Assembly: GCA_051294375.1 (NCBI GenBank)
Contig: CM119267.1
Coordinates: forward strand, 19,504,709-19,568,708
Reading direction: 5' to 3'
From: Paraspadella gotoi
Taxonomy: Eukaryota > Animalia > Chaetognatha
DNA: 64,000 nucleotides
The position numbers were made by a program, and so were the translations under genes. Below are positions 12,801-28,553 of the stretch, piece by piece. The notes under the pieces are model-generated. The model was not told the origin of the DNA, did no database searches, and saw nothing but the letters and a program-made list of their open reading frames with translations. Every line of letters starts with the position of its first letter. Within the stretch, counting starts at the first letter, position 1.

Positions 12801-13925
12801 ATTATAACATTATAACACTTTCCTATTAGGAAATACTTCGTGTCTCCCAGTTTCTCATTCATCCATGCCCATGGCGCCGTACTTCTGCAATGCCACAAAT
12901 ACTGAGCAGAAAAACGTCTGGGCTTTTAGCTTTTGTCCCTCCCCTTACGCTTGGATATCGACGGGTAATGTAAATTTTTTGGTTAAATCTATAGCGTCTA
13001 GGAATCGAAAAATATATATATTAAACTGAAATAATAAATTCATACTATTTTCTCAGCCGCGATGGTTCTCTACCTCATGTTTTTTGCTCCCGGACTTGGT
13101 CCGATGGCTTGGACGATCAACGCAGAGATATATCCAACGTGGGCAAGATCAATGAGCAACGGGCTTGGTGAGTGCTGACTGCTGACTGCTGAGCATACAT
13201 ATTTTTGTTTCATTTGCGCCGCTGTATTGGAGCGAGACTTAAGTCTGAATGTTTGTCCCATTTACACGTTTAAATACGTATAAATATAATCAGAAAAACA
13301 ATTTTAAATAATATTTGATTGTCAGAAGATGTTCCGGGAGACGCTATTTATACTACATATGTTTTATATTTGTGTAGTCGTTAGAAAACCAACTTCAAAT
13401 AATTACTTTCCAATACGTTTTTTAAAAAAAAATATGCAAACGAATTTTGAAACGAGTCTCGTAAAAAAAAAACAAATGATCACTTCGCGCGTTCTCGTTT
13501 CATACTTTATATCCCCCTATTCTTCAGCCGCGTCGACGAATTGGTCGTTCAACCTCCTCATCTCGATGACGTTTCTCACGCTTTCCGAAGCTCTGACTCC
13601 TTCGGGAGCCTTTTTGTTGTACGCCGCCTTCGCTACTTTGGGATTTCTCTTCCTCTTTTTCACTTTACCAGGTTGAAATGTGGCCGTCGTTATTTGCCTT
13701 TGTTTCCTTCGCGATTCCCGACGTGCGGTCGGCGTAAACGGGGAAACATGGCTTTCCTCTTTTCTTTTCTTTTTTTTTTTTTTTTTGATTGACGGTTTCT
13801 TTTTTCTTTTTTTTTCAGAAACTCGCGGAAAAAGTTTGGAGGAAATTGAACAATTGTTCGCCACTGGATCCCTGATCTCGAACAGAGGTTGCGGCTGTGA
13901 CGGCGGCGGAAGTGGCGGTAGTTAA
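9851..13925 (+). CDS. SLC2A13: Proton/myo-inositol cotransporter (HMIT/GLUT13-like MFS sugar porter), 11 exons, 615 aa
   Basis: Exons 9851-10181, 10437-10681, 11504-11699, 11879-12012, 12114-12213, 12346-12498, 12566-12757, 12830-12964, 13057-13167, 13528-13671 and 13819-13925 join in frame (1848 nt, ATG to TAA), all GT-AG. Sugar-porter motifs: [73 protein letters not shown]. The Cys-rich loop ([15 protein letters not shown]...SC...FC...FCPSPY) is typical of HMIT/INT inositol transporters. Confidence 0.95.
10720..10948 (-). mobile_element. tRNA-derived SINE-like element in HMIT intron 2
   Basis: The minus strand has A-box-like TGGCTGAGCAG and B-box-like GGATTCAATCCC about 48 nt apart, followed by a GC-richer body that contrasts with the pyrimidine-rich intron. 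Confidence 0.45.
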
Positions 13926-15534
13926 AGCGTAGTTTTGTTTTAAATTAGCTTAATTATTAATATTATTATAAAACGGTTATTTCTTAGACTGGTTATTTTC
14001 AAATTGCATTAAACGTTAGATATTGTAGAATTGATAGAAGGATGAAATTTGAAAAACGGGTTTGGTTAAAAGTCATTGCCACGCTGTGACTGTTTGTTTG
14101 TGGTGAGCTCTTACCTTCAAACGTCTCTNNNNNNNNNNCTGTTTGTTTGTGGCAAGCTCTAACCTTCAAACGTCTCTGTTTTGATAGTCTTTACTTTAGT
14201 CAAGCATTTGGAACTACGGATCCTGCGCGTCTGGATCCAGTCACCATTCACCTATATGAGGATTTAATTGTACATTTTCTGACTTTCTCGATATTGTCAC
14301 GTTAAGCTAAGCCTTAGCGGAAGGTAGGTTTTCCAACAAGTTAGCGCCCAGAATTCTGGCTTAAGAAATATTCACTCGAGCGCAATGAATTTATACGAGT
14401 TGGCTGAACTGGCCTCAGGCGACAGAGCGAACCGAGGAAAGGAACGTAAAAAGACAATCGGACCTCGCTTGCGATGGAGTTTTTAAAGTCGTTTGAAGGG
14501 ATTTGCGATCGTGGATGGGCGAGAGAGGGATAAGTTAAAGGTGAGTGAGTGAAGGAGATGCTGTGATGAATGTGAAAAACAGGGTAAGGAAATATAAACA
14601 GAAAACATCTCCCGACGGGACGTGAGTGAGAATGTGAGGGTGAAATTAAATTTGGTGAACGAGAAGAAGGTTATTTTGTGTGTGTGTATGTGAGTTGTGA
14701 GCAAGCGTGATAGCAGACTAGTCTAAGTGAGAGAGAAACTGAAATTGCTTTTAAAAAAAGGAATTAGTAATACGATAAATGGTGACTGTCGCAAGATAAC
14801 AAATTTAATAATACTCACGTCAAAAAAATCTTTTTTTAAAAAAATCCATCTGCTCTCTTCATCCCCTTAACTAATGATTCGCGAAGAAAGAATAAAAAAA
14901 AAAGAGAGAAGAGAGAAAATGAGGAAATACAGCTGATGACTTGATTCGAAAAAGAAAAGAGAAAGAAAAAAAACGGAGAGAAAAAAAGGAACAATAAAAA
15001 CAGAAGGAAAAAGAATGAAAATGAGGAAAATAATGATGAATAAAATTAAAGGCTTTTGTTGACGGGAGAGGGAAAAAGAAAGGGAGAAAAAAGAAAAGGT
15101 GAAATAATTTTTTTTTATTCTTTTTTTTTTCAGTTTTACGAGAAAAAAAAATACTAGGAGACAAGTCAACGAGGGTTAGACTAATTTATAGAGGGAGATA
15201 AAAGAGCCGGAGCTGCCGGCTGCCGGGCGTTCGCAACAAAAGAGGCGAAACTTTGTTTTGTACAACTTTCTTGGGTTTTTTTTTTTTTTCTCAATCGGTT
15301 CAAAAAGGACGCGTTTCTTCTTTTTACAATCTTTATAGTTCATTTTCTACTCGTATAACTATTTTATAAAAGGGTCATTGCTTCCCAATTGATTCAACTC
15401 GGTTAATAATTAGCTCGCCTCCCTGGAACTAACGATCTCTTTTCGAGCTTTTTAAAGAAAACGCGTAACTTTTTACGATGCTCTAAAATATAACGAGTAT
15501 TAACTCCAATAATGCAACGCTTGCCTTTAATAAC

Positions 15535-15705
15535 TTCGCTTTTTCAAAATGGCGCATCGCTTCTCAAAAAATATCGCATTGCGTCTTAAAAAATGACGCA
15601 TCGCTTCTCAAAAAATGATGCATCGCTTCTCAAAAAATGATGCACCGCTTCACAAAAAATGACGCATCGCTTCTCAAAAAAATGACGCATCGCTTCTCGA
15701 AAATG
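15535..15705 (+). repeat. 22-bp minisatellite (AAAAAATGACGCATCGCTTCTC)n, about 7-8 units
   Basis: Directly visible tandem units between the two genes. Confidence 0.9.
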
Positions 15706-15823
15706 AGGCTCCGCTTCTCCCATCCGCCCTCTCGGCGCCCATTTCGATTCAGAACCGCTTCTCGTCGTGATTTCCCGTTTTTCGCCATCACTAACGACAT
15801 CTTTTCCCATTTCCTAATTAATT

Positions 15824-15885
<62 letters not shown>

Positions 15886-16035
15886 CTCTCTCTCTCAACT
15901 TATATTCAAGAAAATTAAAGATTACCAAAACTGAGAAAATGAAAAAAAAATTTTCAGATTTATTACCAATTACTGAAAGCTTCTCCAATCTTTAAATATA
16001 ATTTTATTAATAAAATAAAAACTAGTTTGGTACGT

Positions 16036-16412
16036 TACCATCTAGAAAAAAAGTATATCACATTTTTAGTAGAGGATCTCTATTCGAAAACTTGTTTGAT
16101 TTTTATTTGGCAATGCTCATGGCATTGCATTTTTTTTTTGTTCAAAAAAGTGCCATTATACTATAATGGCACTTTATAGCTCTCAGAAAATAGGGAAAGA
16201 CGCGCAACATAAATATTGGGGCTGAAAAGAATCGCGTTAAAGGTGTGGAAAACCATTTCACCGTCATACCTCGATTCGCTGTATAAGAACATACCCAGAT
16301 AAATGCAGGCAGTACTCGATGCCGAGGGAGGGCACACTAAATATTGAGAAAGTTTTTCCCTATGTTTAGTATAGTTTTTATTGGATGAATGAATTTTTCA
16401 GCAATTATGAGA
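16036..16412 (+). repeat. Dispersed repeat, copy 1 (downstream of cathepsin L)
   Basis: Collinear blocks shared with 20217-20705: TTACCATCTAG..AAAAAGTATATCACATTTTTAGT.GAGGAT, ATAG.TCTCAGAAAA, GATGCCGAGG.AGGG.ACAC.AAATA, TTTATTG.AT.AAT.AA.TTTT..CAATTATG. Confidence 0.75.
16377..16382 (-). terminator. Candidate polyadenylation signal (AATAAA) of cathepsin L
   Basis: AATAAA on the minus strand about 150 nt after the TGA at 16530; it lies inside the flanking repeat copy. Confidence 0.4.
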
Positions 16413-16529
16413 TATACTTTTTTTTTCCTAGATAGTAGTTCAAATTAATATAATATAATATATATATATATATAATATAACAGATTAGCAATGAGCAAGG
16501 AGACTTAACGAGAGCAAGGGACTCCGAAT

Positions 16530-20016
<3,487 letters not shown>

Positions 20017-20103
20017 CGATTTACGTATGACAATAATAATGATTAAAATGATAATAATATAAATGCGCGAATTTGTTTTGAAGCAGAGCCGATCCGGTTG
20101 ACG

Positions 20104-20112
20104 CTTTATATA
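20104..20112 (-). promoter_or_regulatory. Candidate TATA box of the cathepsin L gene
   Basis: TATATAAAG on the minus strand about 90 bp upstream of the ATG at 20016. A RUNX-like TGTGGTTT lies at 20146-20153. Confidence 0.55.
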
Positions 20113-20216
20113 CTGAGACTAAAGACCTAACTGCGAAGATAAAGTAAACCACAAAACCACGAAACTACGATTTATTACGACTCAAGGGGCGTAAGGGGTT
20201 ACATTCATGGAATCAG

Positions 20217-20705
20217 TTACCATCTAGGCAAAAAGTATATCACATTTTTAGTGGAGGATATCTACTAAAAAAATTTGATCGATTTTAAAAAAAATCAAAA
20301 TGTTTCAGAATCGTTTAGAAGTTACAGAAAAAAAAATATCGCTCCTTCAAATAAAAATAGCTAAAAAAAATTTATTTAGGTATTAAGTTATTTATTTTTA
20401 TTTCAAATTGAGTTAGTTATTTTTGTTAATTTAATTTACCGCACTTTTTTTTTGTGCCATCATAGTTCTCAGAAAAAAAGTGAAAAACGCAGCAATTTAT
20501 TATTAATACACTTGGACTCAGTTGTTTCACCATAATAAAATTTTTAATGGGATACAACAAATCGAAATCATTTGACCTGGCTCCTCGCTCTGGAGGATCA
20601 AGAAGCTTGAATGATGCCGAGGAAGGGTACACCAAATACTCAGCATATTTTAACTATATTTTGTATATCTTTTATTGAATAAATAAACTTTTTAACAATT
20701 ATGTG
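20217..20705 (+). repeat. Dispersed repeat, copy 2 (upstream of cathepsin L)
   Basis: Same ordered blocks as 16036-16412 in the same orientation; diverged by substitutions and an internal indel. Confidence 0.75.
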
Positions 20706-21014
20706 ACTTACTTGTAAAAACCATTAAGTAATAAATATTTAGACTTTGCATTTGAACTTTATCTTCGAAAGATATTTTGTAACAATTTTTTTCCGATAGT
20801 CTCCGACCATCAGTCACTTGCGAGCCATCAATAAAAAAAGAGATGAATAATTGAATATTGACAAACAAAGAGCGTTCGTTAACTATGTTCCGACTAACGC
20901 TGACAAAATCGATCCGATAGTCTGTTCCTAAATAAAGTTAAAAGATTAAATTAAATGTAATCAAATCAATTTCATTCCTCCACCCTCACCCCCCTTCGAG
21001 TCTACAGAGCTTTC

Positions 21015-21035
21015 GTTTCCATGGCGACGGAAGTG
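21015..21035 (+). promoter_or_regulatory. RFX X-box-like motif abutting an ETS site
   Basis: GTTTCCATGGCGAC is immediately followed by CGGAAGTG. A second X-box-like GTCGTCACGG(C)CAAC lies at 21411-21425 and reads GTCGTCACGGCAAC in the duplicate copies. Confidence 0.45.
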
Positions 21036-21426
21036 ACGCTCTTTCTTCCTCTTCCACTTTTCCCTTTTCATACTTTTTCTCTAAAAAACTTCCTCCGCTT
21101 AATTTTTTTTTCCCCCTTTTTCGTTGTTATTCTTGTTTTCTTTGTTTTTTTTTCGTGTTTCTCATCTCGAGCTTCATTTTTCACTCTCTTTTCTTTCGTC
21201 CCCCCCCCTCAAGTTCTTTTTTTCTTTCTTGAGCATCGTCCATTGTTCTTCCTCTCTTTCTTCTCTTCTCCCGTCATCTTCTCCTTATTTGTCATTCTCT
21301 GCTCCTTCCTCTTCCTCCTCTTTCATCCTCCCCTCCTCCTCAAACTCCTCAACCCTTTTTTTTTTTATTTTCGACTCCAGTCTCACCTCTATTTTTTCTC
21401 TTCTTCTCTCGTCGTCACGGCCAACG

Positions 21427-21512
<86 letters not shown>

Positions 21513-22223
21513 CTCTGGAGGATCTTGACTCCCATCGCCATCGAGGTTTACGTTCCAATTTACACGAAGTAAAAGTAACAAATTTCTTAAAGATCAACGC
21601 CTCTCCTTTTCTTCGATGTAACTAGACTTTTTTATGTGACATAGAAAATGTTTTCGTTTTCGCCCGCGGTTTATTTTCTTTTTTTTTTTTTTTTTTTAAA
21701 TATACTTCAATTTCAAACTTTTTTTTTTCTAAAGCTTCACTCCACCGCCGCAAGAATGGACCAATTTCCGCCAAATTCTTATTTAAACCCACCAAAAAAA
21801 AAAAAAAATTGGTTCCGCGAAAAGGATTTTTATTTCTTGGATTTTATTTCTTTTCTATTTTTTCCTTATTTTTTTTTCCTTATTTTTTTTTTATTCAAGA
21901 TTGGAGGTAGGAGCGTCGAAGCGGAAACGCTGTGTGTGGCGAATCCGGTTGGAGCATATGGCACAAGTCAAAAATTGAGAAAGAGTTTGCGGTGGAGGGG
22001 AGACGGTTGGGGAAGAGTAAGGAGCGGCGAGGGAGGAAAAGAGGTTGACGGAGGGGGTGTAGAGAGAAATGAAAGGGTGGAATAGAGGGGGAGAGAGAGA
22101 GAAGCAGAAGAGAGAGAGAGAGAGAGAGAATGAGAGAGAGGAGGAGAGAGGAGAGGAGAAGAGAGCAGAGATGGAGAGATGGAGAGAGAGTAGAGAGAGA
22201 TGAGAGAGAGAGAGAGAGAGAGT

Positions 22224-22275
<52 letters not shown>

Positions 22276-23243
22276 CAGCCAGAAGAAGGAAAATGAAAAG
22301 AAGAAAGTGAAAAGAAGGAAAAAAATATATCCTTTAAAACGAACTTTTAGAGGGATAAACTAAAACGACCAAGTGAACTTTGCACGTGTCACATGAGATA
22401 TTTTGGTTGCATAGTTAACCAGAACTAACAAGAGAGAAAAAAATAATCAGACGCTTTCGCCCAAATAATTTTTCGTCCAGAGCGAAAGAGAGAGAGTGAG
22501 AGAGAGGAAAAGGGATGGAAAGGGATACGACTTGAAGAATGTTGTCACGTTGTCACGGTGTCACTTTGTCACTTTGTCATTTTTGTCATCGTGTCAAATC
22601 CGCGGCGGCTGAGACCCCCGGCTCAAAAAAAAAAATGGTCGGGGAAGGCAAAGATGGCAGCACGAGTCTTCACGACAAATGGATTCGCCAAATGGATTTC
22701 CTCCGTCAAAAAATGGATTTGCTTCGTCAAAAAATGGAGTCGGTCCTTTTCACGCGACGAATGTGAAAGACGAAATCACTGAGGCTCACACTTAAGTTTT
22801 GATTCGAAAAAACAAATGAAGTATTTCGTTTTAAACGCTTTTATCTGTAAGGAGTACAATATTTGCTTTATCTTTTTATTTTTAAGCAGAGTTTTCATTG
22901 TCTTCTATCAAATGATAAATACTAAATATTTAGAAATATTTAGAATAAAATAAAGTTTGACGCTATCGCTTGGTCCCTAATCGCTTCCATCCTATCGAAC
23001 AGATGATGCCCATTACAATTTTGACGATAAATCTCACAAAATATTAAATTTCTTTTTGAAAACGATTTCTTCTTATTTTTTTTCTTTCTCTTCCTCTCTT
23101 TTTTATTTCGGTCATTTTTTTAATTTCACTGGAAGAAAAAAAGTTTTAAATTTCCGCTAAATTTTTTTTTATTTTTTCGTCGCTAATGAGTGACTTTCCC
23201 CCTGGAGGCGACCATAACGGGTATTCGCATCATTTAAACAGCG

Positions 23244-23244
23244 A

Positions 23245-23290
<46 letters not shown>
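23244..23290 (+). repeat. (GAC)n microsatellite
   Basis: About 15 GAC units; a similar tract lies at 26797-26828. Confidence 0.9.
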
Positions 23291-23292
<2 letters not shown>

Positions 23293-24759
23293 AGTTTGGG
23301 TGTTGAGTGATTTACATGCGAATTACCTCATTCTGGTCGGCTGCGGCGGCGGTTGCGGTTCGGCGGTTGCGGTTCGGCGGCGGCGGTTGCGGCGGCGGTT
23401 GCGGAGGCGGCGTCTTCCCGGGAATCGTCCCGCGCTTTTCCGCGAAATCTTTTCGCTGGAAGAAAAGTGTGATCGACGCTGAGACGAAGAGAAAAAAAAC
23501 GAAAACAAAAGTAAAGCTGGAAATAAATGGAGAAAAAAAAGTAGAAGAAAATCATTGCCAAAACAGTTTGAAAAAAATGGCTAATAAGACCTAAATCCCA
23601 CACGGCGGGAAAGGATTTATATGTTGACATTAGAGAAATTGAAAACAAAAAAAACAGATGCAAACTAACGGTAGTAATATCTTTTTTTTAATTTTCCCCC
23701 TCTCTAATATTCTAATATTGTGGCGACGCTGACCGCGAATTCGCCACAATATCTTAATATTTAATTTTGATATTTACTCCCATGATTATTTTAATATTTA
23801 ATATTTAAAAAAATAATTTTTATTTTTTCTTCTTTTTTTTGTATCCTTCTAATTTTTTTTTTCTCTTCAATTCTCTTTCTTTTTCCCTTCCCTATCGAAA
23901 CTCCACTGATCCAATATATATTCCCCCTCGTCAATGCTTCCCCATCCTTTTCTCGAAAATTTAAAAAAAAAATAAAGTATTCGAAAAATCGTCATCTCGT
24001 TTCACCAAAAAAAAAACCCGATAGAAATCACACGCACAAAAAAATTGTGATTTATTTTACTTTTTTTTTCGAAAAAATTCTCATCTTTTTTCGCCTCGAG
24101 TTATAACTGCCTTTGTTCCTTTTTTTTTTGAAATATGCGCGCTCGTTTTCAGGAACAACATATATGACGACATATAGGGAGGCCGTTTCCTCTTCTCACT
24201 TTCCTTTCTTTTTTTTTCTTTTTTCTTGACTCTTCGCTGTCCCTATCCTCTCTATTTTCTACCCATTTTACTGATCGTTCGTCACTTAAGTTTTTTCCTC
24301 CTTTTGCCCATGTTCTTGGTTTTTTTTTTCTCTTAATTTTATTATCTTTTCTTTTTGTCTTGCTTTCCCTTTTTTTTTCCATTTTCTTATTTTCCACTTC
24401 GTCTTTCCTTTGCTGTTCCTTTTCGGTTTTCTGTTTTTCCTTTTCCTTTTCCTTTTCCTTTTCTTTTTATCACTTTATCTTTCCCTCCGGTTCCCCTTCT
24501 CTGTTCCTTTTCTGTTTCTTTTATTTCTTCCTTTCCTCTTTCCTTCCTCCTTTTTCTTTCCTTTCCTCCCATTTTCCCTCTTTTCTCCTCTTCCCAACTC
24601 TCCGCCTTATTTTTTTTCGATCTCCCTCACTCGCCGCGCGTTCTGCCCTTTTCTCGTATTCTTGTCGGAGTCTTTGCAATTAGACCCCGAATTATTTCTG
24701 GCCTTTTTCGCTTTCTGCGAACGATGACGACGACGAAGGAGAAGAAAACGACGACCCCG

Positions 24760-25350
24760 ACGACGAAGACGACAAAATTGACGTCTGCGCTTAGTCTAAG
24801 GAGGAAGACTAAGACGACGCAAAGATGGCGATAAAAAAAAACAGTTTTGATGACAAAGACGAGTTCACCGCGATACTTCCGATGACGCTATTAAAATGTC
24901 CCTGAAGACGGCGACAAAGACCATGAAGATGACAAAATTGACATCTGCGCTTAGTGTAAGGAGGAAGACGAAGACGATACAAAGATGGCGAAAAAAAATA
25001 TTTTTGATGACAAAGACGAGTTCTCCGCGATGCTGCTAATGACGCTATTAAAACGACCCTGAAGACCGTGACAAAGATGACCACGATGACAAAATTGATG
25101 ACTGCGCTTAGTATAAAGAGGGAGATAAAGATGACGCAAAGATGGCGATAAAAAAAACAGTTTTCATGACAAGGACGAGTTCACCGCGATACTGCCAATG
25201 ACGCTATTAAAACGACCCTGAAGACCGGGACAAATAAGACGACGATTACAAAATTGACGTCAGGGATGAGAAGAATACGACGACACTGAAAATGACTATA
25301 AAAACTGTTTTTACGACAATGGCATTCTGACCACGATACTGCCGATGACT
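24760..25350 (+). repeat. About 158-bp tandem repeat, roughly 3.5-4 units
   Basis: GACAAAATTGAC..CTGCGCTTAGT...CAAAGATGGCGA...GACGAGTTC.CCGCGAT...GACGCTATTAAAA...CCCTGAAGAC recurs at about 24771, 24931, 25088 and 25248. Confidence 0.85.
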
Positions 25351-25813
25351 ATAACATCCACGACAACGCTTTTATAACGACGAATACGGCGATTTAAACA
25401 ACGACGACAAAGACGACGACGAAAAACGAAGAACAACAACATGATCGACAACAACAGACGTCGGGTCTCAGGTTTTCCTCAGAGTCCTATAAACCCCGGG
25501 GATCAAAGCCGAGATCATTAGTATATATATTTTTTCGAGGTTCGAAAACTTAGCGGCTACAACGAAGCGAGTCCAATGTTTTTTTTTCTTTTTCTTTTGT
25601 CAGGGAAGTCTATTTGTTTTCTATTATATGAATACTTCTTCTTATGCTTTATTAGTCTAAGAATATCTGGTTTTACTAACCGCAATCGTTCCTTATTAGG
25701 GATCGTTTATGATATGACTTACTTTAAAACATCGATTTTCCCCCTCGAATGATACGCCACCCACTATTGATATTTATCCACGACGAGCGTCTTTTATTCT
25801 AAACCGTTTTACC

Positions 25814-25900
25814 GCTTAAGCCTTAAGCCTTAAGCCTTAAGCCTTAAGCCTTAAGCCTTGCCTTAAGCATTAAGCCTTAAACCTTAAGCCTTAAAACCTT
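25814..25900 (+). repeat. Heptamer microsatellite (CCTTAAG)n
   Basis: About 12 units. It also appears in the duplicate copies at about 38340-38425 (reverse complement) and 51165-51250. Confidence 0.9.
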
Positions 25901-26795
25901 CTCACTTCCCTACTTAGACCTTACCTTTCTTAGAACTACCCTTTTTCTTACCTACCCTTTCTGATCATGGGATCAAAAAAATTCCGGTAAAGGTTTTTAC
26001 ACGCCCTAACCCGTGACCATTCCCAAAGAAAGAAGCAAATGAAGCGACCGCCGGAACCAAACCAAATGAATCAAGCGATGCAAGCTAAACTGAAATAAAC
26101 AAACTAACAAGCTCAAAGTACAAACTAAAATAAACAAACAGTCAAAATTACACAAGTATATAGCACAAAATCCTTAGTACAACGAAAACCAAAAATAATC
26201 AACGCCAAAATGATTAAATCTAAATCAAAATGAATCAATTACTGGTAATTGATAAACCCATAATGAATCGATTTCCCCCCCCCCACTCGAAAACTCAGAA
26301 TAGAATTGAGCGGCAAAGATCCGTTGATCGGCGACCCCTTTACCAAATTTCGCTCGGACGCCCTTCGTAGCTGAGCGGGTTTTGTGGCCGCTTTTTCGCT
26401 CGGACAGGTTTTTCTTTTAGATCGGACAGTTTTTAATCCTTTCGTTCGAACAAGTTGGCTTTTTTGGTTGTACGTACGGGTTTAAAAATGTCGCTAATAG
26501 TAATACATATTCTATGTCTCTTTTACGGTCACGTCTTCTTTTTTCAATTTAGAAATGGTACAAAAACAAGATAAAGAAAGTAGCTATTCGGTATTAATAA
26601 TTTAATGGGTTTTTTTTTTGTATTGTTATATTTAATTTCATCCAAGGTGTGTGTTTTATATATACTATATCTGAGTAAACGCGTGTGTTTCCAGTGAGGA
26701 AAATAATTAAAAGAACGGAATTATTTTTATTCAATTCGTGGTTCGATTTTTAAGTTTCGCTCGAACCACAACCATGACATCCTATGAAAACAACA

Positions 26796-26828
<33 letters not shown>

Positions 26829-26981
26829 TCAACAAAACCATACCGAGTTGAGTTTCCCCAACACAACCCTACCGAAGGAACCAGATTCTCGGTTCGTGAC
26901 CTCCAAGATTTACTTCTTTTCCTTTCGGAGGAAAAAAAGTCTTTGTTGGTCGGAAGTCATTAAAAGCGTCGGACCCTTTCC

Positions 26982-27090
26982 TGAAACTCACTCTGAGTTT
27001 GTGAATCTCACTCCCAAATTTGTGAAACTCAGTCCTAAGTTCGTGAATCTCACTCCCGAGTTCGTGAGTCTCACTATGAGTTCGTGAACG
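26982..27090 (+). repeat. 21-bp minisatellite (GAGTTCGTGAATCTCACTCCC-like), about 5 units
   Basis: Tandem units are visible and repeated in the duplicate copies at about 37160-37265 and 52320-52420. Confidence 0.8.
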
Positions 27091-28553
27091 AAGGCGTTCA
27101 ATAGAATTCCCGGTTCTAGATAAAATTGATCGTTGAAGAAGACCTTGTCCAATNNNNNNNNNNNNNNNNNNNNNNNNNGCAGTTAGAGAAGGGTAGTCAG
27201 AAAGCAGAGAGCTCACGACGGGAAGAGAGTTTGTGGTCTCGGCACTGAAAGGCAGTAGAGACAGACAATTACCAGACCAGACCAGATGTTAACAGACTCG
27301 TAAATATCCTTTGACCCTCGGCTGGCCTCTGATACACAATAGGACCCTCAGCTATCAGACCAGCATACACACCAGAGGACTAGCTACGCCGATCGGCGAA
27401 ACGTTTGATTCCGATGAGCATTATTGCTATGCTCTCTCTCTCGTCATCTCGTCTCTCTCTCCTCTTCGCGTCTCCTCTGAATTATCAGGACGTCTCTCCC
27501 TAATCTCCGGCCTCACTCTCCGCAAGGAATGTTCGGAGAACGGTCTTCATCGCGCTCTCCGCTCACGAACCACCCTTTTAAAACCTCAAGAAAGAGTACA
27601 ACAAACAGAGCATCAAAATGACTCAGCGAGAAGAAGGGAGGAGAGGGGATAGAGGAGAGGAGCAGTATCAGGAGAGGAGAGCACACGGAGGAGAGAGAAG
27701 AGAGGAGATGACGAGAGAGAAGGAAACCATCAAATGACACTTCATCACCAACGAAGAAACAAAGGGCGATAAGGGGAGAAGTCGGAAACCGGTGGACACA
27801 CAAAATCGGCCGAAAAAAAACGAGAAGTCGTCGTCTCTCTCTCTCTCTCTTCTCTCTGTCAAAAATTGGTTTTTTCTCTGCCGGTCGATTATGTAGGCGC
27901 AAGACCGTCTTGTCGTCTCGGCGGGGATGCGATTTGAGACAGAAGAAAACGGAAAATCCGGGTCAAAAAGAAACAAAGAGAATCGATATGGCGAATAGTA
28001 AACGTATAAAACTTGCAGTCATTCGTAGAAAGAAAAGATAACTTTGATCGTAAAGAAATCAAGTGACGTAAGAACGCTTTCAGATACGGCGATCGAAAAT
28101 AACGAACAGCGGGAGAAAGCGACATAAAGAAAAAATACAAAGCGACAAAGCGATTTAATCGGATAATACTACGTCCTTCGGATTCGAATGTATAGCTTCT
28201 CAGACAACTTTATTTGGGCAAAAGTTACGTAAAAACATAAGTCTGGCCGCATATGAATCGCTGTTTAGCGAGAAATTCTAGCCTTGAAGTACTTGTGTTA
28301 AGACTTTTCTTTTCGTTGGCGTTTTTTAAGTTAGAGAGAAAACAAAGTCTATTTGTTTACTAAGAACGGGCCTTATTTAATTCAAATAAAAAGGGAGCAG
28401 GTTACGACACACTATTTTTTTTAAGGTCTAATTACGCCGCCTGATGAAGAAACATGTCCGCAATTTTTTTAAAAAATTATGAATTTAAAGTAAAACCACA
28501 TATTTATAAATCGTTAACATTATTAAACTAAAACAAACTGAGGTCAACCTTAC

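Larger units (their letters stand above)
21300..27153 (+). repeat. Segment A, present three times (here; reverse complement at about 37095-43230; direct at about 46320-52490)
   Basis: Collinear landmarks (X-box, TGTCAC tract, GAC repeat, 158-mer, CCTTAAG, 21-mer, ...GAAGAAGACCTTGTCCAAT) appear in all three copies. The later copies carry dense indels. Confidence 0.92.

Noticed and set aside
14090-14180. About 40-bp direct repeat around a 10-N gap
   Set aside because: Overlapping contig ends, an assembly join artefact.
15535-15705. CRISPR-like appearance of the 22-bp, 21-bp and 158-bp repeats
   Set aside because: The units are head-to-tail with no unique spacers, no cas genes are present, and the context is eukaryotic.
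21900-21966. Myosin-like ANPV.EA.G motif in a candidate exon
   Set aside because: It lacks the following NAKT, no other myosin motor exons are visible, and the frame is uncertain.
23186-23482. Poly-Asp ORF MSDFPPGG...
   Set aside because: It is driven by a (GAC)n microsatellite, and the start is not preserved in the duplicate copies.
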